Positions 25,948 to 37,205 are shown, counted from the stretch's first letter. The stretch is 64,000 bases of DNA from Octopus vulgaris (GCA_951406725.2 OX597814.1:53258001-53322000), one strand, 5' to 3'. Translations and numbers: made by a program. The notes: generated from the sequence alone by a model not told the origin.

Positions 25948-26054
25948 ATTTCTTACTGATGAGTCTAAGGGCCTATGGTGGATTGGCTTGATTTAATTTA
26001 ATCAGGTTAGTTTACCATTAAACGGTAGATGAAACGGTGCATCGTCTAAGAAAT
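25948..26054 (+). ncRNA. Type I hammerhead ribozyme, copy 4
   Basis: Stem I atttctta (25948-55) / taagaaat (26047-54); CTGATGA 25956-62; stem II gtcta/tagat; GAAA 26031-34; stem III a-cggtgcatcg-t; GTC ending at 26046. Confidence 0.9.
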
Positions 26055-26442
26055 TACAGGGTAAAAGTTTTTCAATTTTCTCCTGGTTTACGGAATTAAT
26101 GTTATTTTGCGGTTAAAGCTTTTGGCTGTTATTTCTAGTGGGTGAATGGCCTATTATGGCCGTTCCTTGATTGTGATGTTGAACGTAAAAATGGTTTATG
26201 ACTATTTAATTTTTTCCTACTAGGCCGCTGGTGGCAGAAGAATTCTACAAAATTTTTTTTGCCACCCTATATTGATTGATTAATTATGAATTTTCTGGTT
26301 AGTTCCGTAATGGAATCGGTGGCTTATATTTATTTGCTGCCGATAAATTTGGCGCGAGTGCGACGATTTGAAAATTTTAGGTCAGATATTGCCGAGGTAG
26401 CAAGAGGAATGCCTCGTGAAAAATATCTGTTCCGACTTGGCT

Positions 26443-26548
26443 ATTTTTTACTGATGAGTCTAAGGCCTATGGTGGATTGGCTTGATTTAATTTAATCAGG
26501 TTAGTTTACCATTAAACGGTAGATGAAACGGTGCATCGTCTAAGAAAT
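26443..26548 (+). ncRNA. Type I hammerhead ribozyme, copy 5
   Basis: CTGATGA 26451-57, GAAA 26525-28, GTC ending at 26540. A C-to-T change in stem I keeps pairing as U-G. Confidence 0.87.
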
Positions 26549-26673
26549 TACAGGGTAAAAGTTTTTCAATTTTCTCCTGGTTTACGGAATTAATGTTATT
26601 TTGCGGTTAAAGCTTTTGGCTGTTATTTCTAGTGGGTGAATGGCCTATTATGGCCGTTCCTTGATTGTGATGT

Positions 26674-26682
26674 ATACACACA

Positions 26683-26759
<77 letters not shown>

Positions 26760-26769
26760 ATATATGTAT

Positions 26770-26803
<34 letters not shown>

Positions 26804-26875
26804 ATATAAAATATGTATACACACACACACATATATACATACATATATATATATATATATGTGTGTGTGTATGTA

Positions 26876-26910
<35 letters not shown>

Positions 26911-26920
26911 ACACACACAT
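26674..26920. repeat. (TA)n/(CA)n compound microsatellite
   Basis: Direct reading. Confidence 0.95.
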
Positions 26921-27549
26921 AGTGTAAATATAAACATTTCCAAAACAAATATTTTCCGTGTAATGATTAAAGAAATAACACATCTTACAAGTTAGACTAA
27001 TTATTTTAATTAACTTCAACTCGATAATCATTCGTGTTAACATCCAAGCAAATATTCCGATGAGAATTAATGGAAATAGTAACTGCTGCAGTACTGAACG
27101 GCATTTAGAACTTAAGTCGCCAGACATTTTGTCACCGCAATTTTCAGTGGATTGTTTTAATATTGTGTATAATCTGTTTTTCTTTCTAAAATATGATTTA
27201 ATTGTTGGAAAATTAAGCTTTTTTTGCATTAAATTTATTTTCATTGAAATACTGAAGAAAGCTATACTCATAAAATGCTGGACAATCTCCCGCAGCTAGT
27301 AATAGTAATAAATGTGAACTAACAGGGCGAGCAACGACTAATTTTAAACATTTCTTCGTGATCCAGATGGCTGTTTAGAGATTTAAATGGAAGCTCGCTG
27401 TTTGAACAGTAATGAGATTATTCAAACTTTATAAATCCTTTATACGCTGAAGCAAACAAACGAAGGTAAAACGGAATTGTCAGCTTAACATAATATCATT
27501 AGTGTTAGAAAAAGAAGACTACTTCCGTTAGATCAAAATACTTTTATAT

Positions 27550-28330
27550 TATTATCATTATATTATTAGTATTATCATTCAGTAATATTTATTTTTATCA
27601 CGTGCTTTCACTGCACTACCGAACACAGCTCTGTGTGCCTTGGGGATGTCCTGTGGTTTGTTGTGATGCTCTTATTGTTACTGTATTGAAAGTGTTTTAC
27701 GTAGAATGTGTGCAGTGCCTAGTAGTGCTATTTTCTGTATGTTATATATATTTGTTAGCCCTGGTATTTTTGTTATGTATTTGTCTGAATATTTTTTTAT
27801 CATACCTAATGCACCTATTATGATAGGAATTGTTTCTGTTTTTAGGCTCCACATTCGAGTTACCTCTATTTCCAGGTCTTTGTATTTTGAAAGTTTCTCC
27901 ATTTCTTTTAGAGAAACGCTGTTATCTGTTGGTATTGGTACATCGATTAGAAAGCATTCTTTTCTTGATGGTCTCTCACAACTATATCTGGCCTTTTGAC
28001 TTTAATATCTGTGTGTATTGGCATATCCCATAGTATGGTTGCGTTCTTATTTTTTGTGACCTTTTCTGGCGTGTGCCTATACCATTTTTTCCTGTTGTTA
28101 TTCTGTAGTGTTAGCATAGCTTCCAGTGTATATAGGTCCCAACTCGTGTCTGTGAATATATTCCTTTTTAGCCGGGACTGGGCAGCCAGAGACAATATGG
28201 TTTATTGTTTCTCGTTCGTCTCCACATATTCTACAGTTATTTGTTATGTTTATTTTCATTATATGTCTTTGGTCATTTCTGGTGTGCGATCATTTTCTTT
28301 ACTTGATATTCGTTTGCCGGGATCCGTATG
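27550..28330 (-). mobile_element. 5'-truncated R4/Dong-like LINE (CCHC knuckle, RLE endonuclease, 3' UTR, AAT-rich tail)
   Basis: CRICGDERETINHIVSGCPV; WYRHTPEKV...TILWDMPIHTD..KRPDIVVRD; EKLSKYKDLEIEVTRMW...PIIIGALG...QKIALLGTAHILRKTL*. Frameshifted. Confidence 0.9.
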
Positions 28331-28338
28331 GTTCTCAT

Positions 28339-28580
28339 CTATCCTCTCCATCTCTCTATAGGGGTCTTCTTAGACATAGAAGTAATTGTTGGTGGTCTCC
28401 CTCTTAAACGTCTACTGGGGTAGAAACTTCTAAGGTCATGTTTGTCAAGATATTCATTGTCATATGTCAGTCTGAGCTGGAGGCCCAGTTCCTCTGTGTT
28501 GACATTGCAGAACTCCACTTCGCTCTCGTTGATCATCTCCAGGCACTTCCCCACCTCAAAATTTAGAAGGGCTCTAGACA
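28339..28580 (-). mobile_element. Probable Penelope-like reverse transcriptase fragment
   Basis: FEVGKCLEMINESEVEFCNVNTEELGLQLRL...PSRRLRGRPPTIT resembles, from memory, an insert region of divergent Penelope-like RTs; no catalytic motif is visible. Confidence 0.4.
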
Positions 28581-28890
28581 AACTTATTTCGAAAAAGAGA
28601 AATTTCAGAGAAAAAAGCAAAGAGAGATTTGTAAAAGACTAAGGCAAGGAAATTGTAAACTTTCGAAAAAGATCCAAGATGTGTAGAAGAAGAGAAGCTG
28701 GAGATTTCAAGAAAAGAGAAAGGGAGGGGGTAGAGAAAGGAAGGGTATAAGGATTTCAGGGAAATAAAGAAAACAGACGTGTGTTGAAAGCAATCAAATT
28801 AGGTATGTGAATATTTATAACCTCCTTCTACAAACTAGTATTCTTATAAACCATCACTATAACCTGATGATCATTTAGAAGGACAATACT

Positions 28891-29055
28891 TTAACTCAAC
28901 AGCCGACTTCTTACATTAAAATTCTTATTAGTGTCCAGCTCAACTTGTCGCCTGCAGAAATATTTCCGAGTAAGAAGTCGGCTGTTGAGTTAATCTTTCT
29001 ACAGACGGCTGGCTGCAGGCGACAAGTTGAGCTGGACACTAATAAGAATTTTAAT
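28891..29055. repeat. Interleaved perfect inverted repeats A-B-A'-B'
   Basis: A 28891-28914 / A' 28970-28993 (24 bp); B 28915-28957 / B' 29013-29055 (43 bp). Confidence 0.95.
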
Positions 29056-30583
29056 TTGACACAAAATCAGTTTGATAAGAGAAAAGGTTATTATATAACT
29101 GAGTGAATTTAATGTTGTATATTACTGATACTTATTTTATCGATCTCAGAGTGGTGAAAGGCAGGTTAGAACGCGTGATATTTAGAATTTTAAACCAGTT
29201 ATGGTCTAAAAAGAAAACAAGATATTTTGTAGTGACTTTAGTGAAGAGAACAGTGCTGCTCCCGTGGCATTCAAAAGAGACTGTTGAGATTTATGTTAGT
29301 AACGTTCTCTTTGAAAATTTATAAGCTGAATGCCGCAAGAAAAAATAGAAAAAATTGTGCATGGAAGGCACTACAGGAGCAGACGTTCTAGGGTCAGATA
29401 CAATATGGGTGATGGGAAGGAAGATGACTGAGATGAGTGTATCGATAAATCCGACACTAAATGACACCGAAAAATAAAGTCAGTGAGGAAAACGAGAATT
29501 AAGAAAAGATTGCTTGCTGATCTCCGATATTTTATTGCTTATAAAATGCATGAATCAGCTTCAGAACTAAAACATTTACGTTAGATGAATTAGGACACCA
29601 TAAAAAAATTACTTTTATGTGCTTTTGTCTTTAAAATAGTCACGAATTAAATATTAAATGGATTAATAGAGCAGCACAGAGAGATTAAAAAACAAAAGCA
29701 AAACAAAACAAAACAAAACACTCTTACAGCCAGAGAGTAATATTGTGTCGTATAATCACTTTTAACTACTCGAACTTATTTTTTCTTTCATTAAGTAAAT
29801 CTACAAAAAGGCAGGAAAAAAGTTTTAATAAAAAATTCATGCACCAACTGTGACGAATAGCAGAAAATTGCCTTTAGACGAAATTTTAATATCCGAAAGC
29901 TGCATCAGACAGAATACATCTGGCTTGTGCTACACAGAGCACATGGCGAACATTTAATTCTCGCTAGACACTTCTTTGTGCAAATATGTACTATGAAGTG
30001 ATGGAGTTAAACACTTTGAAGTGTACTGAAAGTGGTTGTCCGTTGCTTTACTATGATGAGACTCCGGAAACAGTGCATAAAGATAAAGTATCCAGTGATA
30101 CTGCGATGACGTTAAGTTTTTGGGACTCATAGTATTGGAAAATTAGTTTTGCCTATATCTCGGGAATAAATTGGGAACCGACGCCATCTAAAAAAGATAA
30201 AAATCAATTGGAAAGAGATATTGACATTCAATTTAATTCATATTTTTCCCCACCAGATGTCTCTCCTACCAAGCTTTCCGAATGTGTAGAATCGATTTAT
30301 GAACTAAAAGGCAACTGAGATGCAGAATAAAATAACATATATTAAAAAAAATGTATACATATATATATATTCTGATTTCTTTATATATATATATATATAT
30401 ATTATTTAACACACTCACCGGCTCATTCATATGAATGTAAGCAGATAGAATTACATATAAATAGGTACATAGGCAATATGAACACACAAGCATACATACA
30501 TACACTCATACACATGCAAACACACAGACACACATGAAAACACACGAACACATGAATATGAAAAATACATACATACAAAACGT

Positions 30584-30645
<62 letters not shown>

Positions 30646-30685
30646 GTTTATTGGCTAAACTGGCAATATGACCATTCCGAAATAT

Positions 30686-30769
<84 letters not shown>

Positions 30770-31078
30770 CATGCATGCATACATACATATTTTCATACTT
30801 ACATGTGTGTGCGCACGCACACTACCCCACATACATGCGCACAAACAAAAAGAATGTAGTTCGGTGAACGGACTGAGTCATCGACTATTGAAAAGTTTGC
30901 AAGACGCAACGAAAATTTCAGAAAAAAATAAAGAAATGGGTGAAAATTGAACCGGTGAGTGTTGAATAATAAGGCACAAAAAGAGACTGACCTCCTCAGA
31001 CAAAACAAAATATGCTCCAGCACAGCACAGGAACTCACATAAAGAATCTTGCAAACCAAATCCCAAAACGAAATATGT

Positions 31079-31148
<70 letters not shown>

Positions 31149-31151
<3 letters not shown>

Positions 31152-31431
31152 CACGTGACTGACCAGACCATCAGATGTTGCTGCACATCGCTGGTTACAA
31201 TGCGTTCGCATTGTTTTAGCCTTCGAATGACGCCACCCCGCTGGCTAAGCGAACAGGCAAACAGAAGGAAGAGTGAGAGAAAGAGTGGTGAAAGAGTACA
31301 GCAGGGATCACCCCCCCCCTGCCGGAGCCTCGTGGAGCTTTTAGGTGTTTTCGCTCAATAAACACACACAACGCCCGATCTGGGAATCGAAACCGCGAGT
31401 CCGCTGCCCTAACCACTAGGCCATTGCGCCT

Positions 31432-31434
<3 letters not shown>
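31149..31434 (-). mobile_element. tRNA-derived SINE, family C, inserted in (TA)n
   Basis: - strand head GGAGGCGCAATGGCCTAGTGGTTAGGGCAGCGG...GTTTCGATTCCC; head shared with 45040-45230. Confidence 0.85.
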
Positions 31435-31483
<49 letters not shown>

Positions 31484-31851
31484 TTACTTTTACTGGTTTA
31501 AGTCATTTGACTGTGGCTATGCTGGTGCACCACATTTAGTCGAGCAAATCGACCCCAGGACTTATTCTTTGTAAACCTAGTACTTATTCTATCGGCCTCT
31601 TTTGCCGAACCACTAAGTTTACGGGGACGTAAACACACCAGCATCGGTTGTCAAGCGATTTTAGGGGGACAAACACAGACACACAAACATATACACACAA
31701 TTACATATATATATATATACGCATATATACGACGGGCTCCTTTCAGTTTAAGCCTACCAAATCCACTCACAAGGCTTTGGTCGGCCCGAGGCTATAGTAG
31801 AAGACACTTGCCCAAGGTCCCAGGCAGTGAGACTGAACCCGGAACCATGTG
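31484..31851 (-). mobile_element. SINE family B, head truncated
   Basis: High identity to 15961-16360. Confidence 0.85.
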
Positions 31852-32728
31852 CTTTTCATACGACTCTATCGATTCACTGATCAGATAACGAAACGATACT
31901 AAATGTTTATTTTTACGAAGTGGAAGTCTTTGTAAATAGATATGCAGACAGATCCTTTCAGAGATTCTTTAAAGAATCTCTAAATATTTCAGCATCGTTT
32001 CTTTTTTATTTTATTACTGTAAAAATAGTTCTGCAAAATTATCCATTAGGTTTTTTTGTTGATATAATGTTTCATTCCATCAACAATGACAATAAAGATA
32101 GTAAAGTAGGCTACCGTAGATGAGTGTAAAGCTTTTATTTACTTAGATGCAAAACAGGTGAATTCTATTCGACTGAGAAATCGTAATAGTGAATGGGACA
32201 TATAATGTACTCTACACCTAATCATTAAGAATGACTGTCCTTCAGGGTATCGCTGGTGTTAGTTATACTTTTAGAGAGTGAAATAAACATACAGAAAATA
32301 AAAATAGCAACAATGCAGAATTTAGCTATTCATAAAACTGGAAGAATATGGCGAATGCAGTTAAAGAAAGTGCCGTGACTAATAAATTTTAGTGCTAACT
32401 GTTAATGCCACGAAACACACATAAGAGCAGTTGTTGTTTATTTTCCTTAACCCTGTTCGGGCAGATTTATGATCATAAGTATTCCAGCCATAACCATCCC
32501 GTCTTTTTGCTGTGTACCAGGAACTCATGGCTACATTATCCAGTGGTTCCAACACTTAAGGGTTTGATTCAGAGAGAAATTTCACTGCCATTTTTTTTGT
32601 AGATCAAGCTAGCACGTAGAGGTTCGCTTTGGCTAATGATATTATAGTTGGACTAGTGAGGAGTTGTTTATTTTCATTATCTACTTGATAAAGACAAACG
32701 ATAGAAATCCAGAGCATTTTTATATGTA

Positions 32729-33030
32729 CATTAGGTTGTCCGGAAAGATCTGAGCGTTTTTTTAATATGTAAAAAGGGATATAAATAATTTTATTTAATG
32801 AAATAATTTCCATTACTGTTAATGACCTTTGCCCATCATAAATATTCCTTCAGCATAAAATTTGACTGGTTTTGAAGAAAAAAGATTATCTAGTTGCAAT
32901 TGGACTCCGTCTAAATCGTTATACGTTTTTCCTTGCAATGAGTTCTGTAGAGACAAAAGCAATTGGTAGTTGGATGATGTAAAATCAGGAGAATATGGTG
33001 GATGGGGTAAGAGATCCCAGCCAAAAATAA
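32729..33030 (-). mobile_element. mariner transposase 3' end with terminal inverted repeat
   Basis: GWDLLPHPPYSPDFTSSNYQLLLSLQNSLQGKTY...FYAEGI (YSPDL-type motif); TIR-like cattaggttgtccggaaag at 32729. Confidence 0.85.
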
Positions 33031-35418
33031 ATCCAAATTGGAGCATGAACGCAACAGACGACAATGAAAGAACCGGACAGATAGACGATGCAAAAACAGA
33101 AAAGAAAAGCAACAAATAGACTGACAGGAAAAAAAAAAACAAGGACGGATCATTCACAGTCTTCTTTCGTCTGTCAGGTTTCCAGATCCTCCTTACAGTT
33201 TCGGCCGGTTACACTTGAGACTGTTCAAATCTGGTTGGCTCCAAAAATCTAAGCTAAGAGCATTAAATATTTTGGGAAAAAGCAAGCGAATGTGTACGAC
33301 AACAAAGACAAAAAACGGAGAAAATGTTACACTATTACAAATACAAGCAACAAGAAAATAACAACACGTGTCTTTCGACCAATAAAGACGAATCAAGTGG
33401 AGCTGGCGTGTGTAGAGTGAAAGCCTTGAGGCAGGAACATAGGAAATGAACATAAAAGGTGAAACTCATGAGACAGGAATACAAGAGATGCTTCAGACAT
33501 GAAAGATCATGCTTGGCCGAACAACGGTTACGTGGAAGGAAAGGAGAGAGGTTGGAGACAGAAGGATTGAACAATTAGGAAAAGAACGAGAAAGAGAGGA
33601 AATCAAAGGGACATAGAGAAAGGTATAAGGGAGATAAACGAGGAGGGAAAGTAGGGAGATTAAAGAAAGAGAAAACCAAGAAATGTGAGAGAAGGGGAGA
33701 GAGGAAAAGAAAAGAGGAAAGAAAGAAGAAAGTATGAGGGAGACTACAAGTAAGTAAGGGTCGTACAGAATTTAGATACATACTTACAAGGTGAGCAAAA
33801 GTGTACGTACGCCTCTATATGTATGTATCAATCCAAACAATGGAACAAGAACGCAACAGACGAAATGAAACATCCGGACAGATAGACGATACAAAGACGA
33901 CCAGGGGAAACAACAAAAAGACGGAAAGGAAAACACGTGGGTATGCTTGTTTGTGCATAGCAACTACGTTGTATACTTCTGTTTGTTTTCTTTTTATATG
34001 AAAAAAGGCATGTTTGGTCGCTGAGCGAACACATTTTTGCACCACACGATCTAATTGTTTTTTTTTCTTTTATAAATCTTGTATCACGGCATTTATACAT
34101 TCAATTCTGTGATGGCTTTAAAATGTAGGCTTTCTCCTTATTCATTGTGCTGCAAATGTTAAGCATGTTTCTCAACCGCACTTATACGTTGATTAATTGA
34201 GTAACGAAGAGAACTAGTGTATTTAGAAATCCAAATGAAGTAATCTCTTCGCGTCTACTCATTCGGCTAGAAATAGCAGCTAATTTTTTTATGCATGGGA
34301 AATAGACTGGCTGGGCTGGGCTGGGCTGGGCTGGGCTGGAATGTCTTATTATATGCCAACTCGATCAGAGGTAATTTGAGATTAAACAACATTAGTAACA
34401 TATGAATTTAGAAAGTTACCTATCCATAACTACTACAATCCGTAAAATTTTACCTCCTTGGAGTGGGTTCAGAAAATAACCTTTCTGATCTTTCTAGAGG
34501 ATTCATTTGTTGCGTTGTGTGTACTACAGAATTTCACTATTTCATCAGTCATGTACAGTAACTGATGAGTGTTGACTAATTTGATGAAAGCATGCTTCTC
34601 CTCCTACACACTCCTTCAGATATTTACACAATGCTGTTTGCATAGTGAGGAGCGATTAAATTTTGAGACTACATAACAAGTTAACTGTTTTGATTTTTGT
34701 GCATTTAATTCTGAAACTAGAATGAGATATTTCGCAGATGAGATTCCCTGTAATGAAATTCACCTCGGTCATTTAGTTTCAAACTGAGCTCATTAAATGT
34801 TTATGTAATTCGTTTCCTGAATATATCTGTGAGCGCAATTTGACCGAGCGGCTGTGAAGTTTGACTTTGGTTCCGCATTTTGGGCAAATGTTATATTTGT
34901 CAATGGCCTCGGGTCGACCCATAATTTGTGAGTGAAATTGGATTGGCAGAAACTGTGAAGAAGCCTTCGAACTTGTAATTCAAAAGTCCAGCCTTGTTAT
35001 ACTGTGTCACATTTATTTCGCCTATGAGTTACATTAAGGTTGCACTTGACTATGGAATATTCAACCATTTACACGCTAGTTCAATGAGTTTAGTAGCTCA
35101 GATGATTAAAGAAAATTGAAAATAATGATCAGAAATTCTGGCCGGGATCCATTTATATATTCAATCATGCTTTTTTAACTCATTAGTCCACCACTTGTGT
35201 ACAGCGCACGTAGGTGTATTTCTGTTCAACTGAGATTTTCCAGTTCATAGTGATCAAAATCTTCAAAGATGTCCACGAGAAAGACAGACACGTTTATTGT
35301 CATTTGCCTTTCCTTCAGCCACTTTGAAGCGACTTCCTGGTGTGTCAAATGACTCACGTGTTTGCTTTTTCATCAAACTGAGCGACAATAATAATGACTT
35401 ACATTGAATTTTTTCAAT

Positions 35419-35600
35419 ACAGTTCTATATTTAAGAAATGAGGAATTATGTACATTTGACAGATATTTGTCCTCATCTTGTTTGTTGTTAACACAACGTT
35501 TCGGCTGATATACCCTTCAGCCTTCATCAGGTGTCTTGGAAAATTTCGAACCTGGGTTCTCATTCCTAAGGAATTTTTCGATATTATTATTATTATTATA

Positions 35601-35654
<54 letters not shown>

Positions 35655-35723
35655 TCACTGCCTTGAATCGAACTCAGAATCTTGAGGTTAGTAGCCCGCG
35701 CTCTTATCCACTACGCCATATGT
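35419..35723 (-). mobile_element. tRNA-headed SINE-like element carrying (AAT)n and a hammerhead ribozyme
   Basis: On - : A box TGGCGTAGTGG and B box GTTCGATTC (about 35722-35651), (AAT)n at 35650-35582, then the hammerhead at 35535-35490. Confidence 0.8.
35490..35535 (-). ncRNA. Minimal (Penelope-type, dimer-dependent) type I hammerhead ribozyme
   Basis: GACAC-CUGAUGA-A-GGCUGA(agggtata)UCAGCC-GAAA-CG-UU-GUGUU: 6-bp stem II, palindromic ACGU stem III, GUU site, 5-bp stem I, extra A after A9. Confidence 0.75.
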
Positions 35724-35849
35724 CGAATAAATACCCAAATATATGTATACTTTTTCCAATGTCATTGAATAAATTCAGCGAAATACTGCGAGGGGCTTTT
35801 TTTTATGAATTGCATTATGCTTCCTAATTATAATAGTAAGCACTTTTAC

Positions 35850-35995
35850 TGTCGGCACAAGGCCTGAAATTTGGGTTTGGGAAAGGGTCTAGTCGAGTAT
35901 CGACCCAGTGCTCAACTAGTACTTATTTTATCGACACCGAAAGGATGAAAGATGCAGTCGACTTCAGCGGCATTTGAACTTAGAACGTAAATCCT
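35850..35995 (-). mobile_element. SINE family A fragment
   Basis: agtacttattttatcgacaccgaaaggatgaaag...atttgaact. Confidence 0.75.
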
Positions 35996-36787
35996 GGAAC
36001 AGGTTTCCGACGCCATTACAGCCTAACAATCGACTTCCTCTCAACCTTTAGTATAAACGAGGCCATATAGACGTAAGGCCACAGATTTTTAATTGGCGGG
36101 GGAAGAGGACGAAGTGGATCGAAGGGTTAGTCGCTTAGACAGACTCCAGTATTTGACTGGTATTTTATTTTATAGACTCTGAAATGATGAAAAGCAAAGC
36201 TTACTTCGTGTAGATTTGAACATAGAACATGAAACAGATCACAAAATACAGGAAATATTATGGTATGTATGTGTGTTATACATTTACGGGTATATAGTTA
36301 TCCTTTTATAAACTAATGGTTTACATATATGAATGTATATACACTTACATATATTGATCTATCCATATGTAGCCGTAAGTATGCATCTGTGTGTATTTAT
36401 ATAAGCATGCGCATTGCTAGATGCAGAAAGTAACAAAGTTAAATAACATTATGTAATATGACACATGAAGGATGTGACATTGCACAAGTATTTGACATTT
36501 GTCATACTACCATATACATCCTTGTTTTATAAATTTATGGAACTATCATCTGAGAGAGTGCCTCGTATTGTTGTTCAATTGATGAAATATGGTGTATTTC
36601 AAATGTCAAACAGGAGGTGTAATTATGAAGCAATGACTCATTATCCACTTATTATAATACGTTAGATAACTAATTTGTAGTATGTAATTAGCTTTTATCT
36701 TTATAATCGAAATATATTCAGAAAACTTCTTAATTGTATCTTTGCATTCAGATTATTGATTACGATTTTAAATACATACTTTCTCAC

Positions 36788-37205
36788 ACATGCATAAATA
36801 CATACACACACATACATACATACATACATACATACATACATACACATGTATGCATACATACATGCATGCATACATACATGCATGCATACATACATGGATG
36901 CATACATACATGCATGCATACATACATGCATGCATACATACATGCATACATACATTCATGCATACATACATACATTCATGCATACATACACATGTATGCA
37001 TACATGCATGCATACATACATGCATACATACATTCATACATACATACACATGTATGCATACATACATGCATACATACATGCATGCATACATACATACATG
37101 CATACATACATATACAGACGTGCATACATACATACATACATACATACACTGACGTGCAGACATACATACATACATACACTGACGTGCATACATACATATA
37201 TAAAT
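36788..37205. repeat. Long (CATA)n/(CATG) compound microsatellite
   Basis: Direct reading. Confidence 0.95.

Larger units (their letters stand above)
24421..26673. mobile_element. Retrozyme-like / Penelope-type non-autonomous array: ~2.9 direct ~495-bp units plus an 808-bp inverted arm, embedded in (TA)n
   Basis: Units start at 24421, 24917 and 25412. Orientation flips at 25865/25866, and 25866-26673 is the reverse complement of 25022-25829. Copies differ at only a few bases. There is one hammerhead per unit, with TA-rich microsatellite on both sides. Confidence 0.9.

Noticed and set aside
24715-26495. Repeated 66-69 aa ORF MNFLVSSVMES... in the array
   Set aside because: It recurs only because the DNA unit is repeated, has no recognisable domain, overlaps the ribozyme core, and is frameshifted in one copy.
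24421-26673. CRISPR array or simple satellite
   Set aside because: There are no unique spacers or cas genes and the context is eukaryotic. Few units, an inversion and one ribozyme per unit fit a retroelement better.
26607-27271. Long YI/CV/HT-rich ORFs here and at 18.0, 19.1, 30.5, 36.7, 39.7, 45.6, 55.0, 56.2 and 60.2-61.1 kb
   Set aside because: Translations of stop-free di- and tetranucleotide microsatellites
29990-30135. Possible mariner traces (FWDS-like)
   Set aside because: Too degenerate to delimit or assign
31360-31434. Functional tRNA genes at SINE heads (also 8914, 16393, 35722, 45230)
   Set aside because: A/B boxes are present, but there is no complete cloverleaf and each continues into a repeat body
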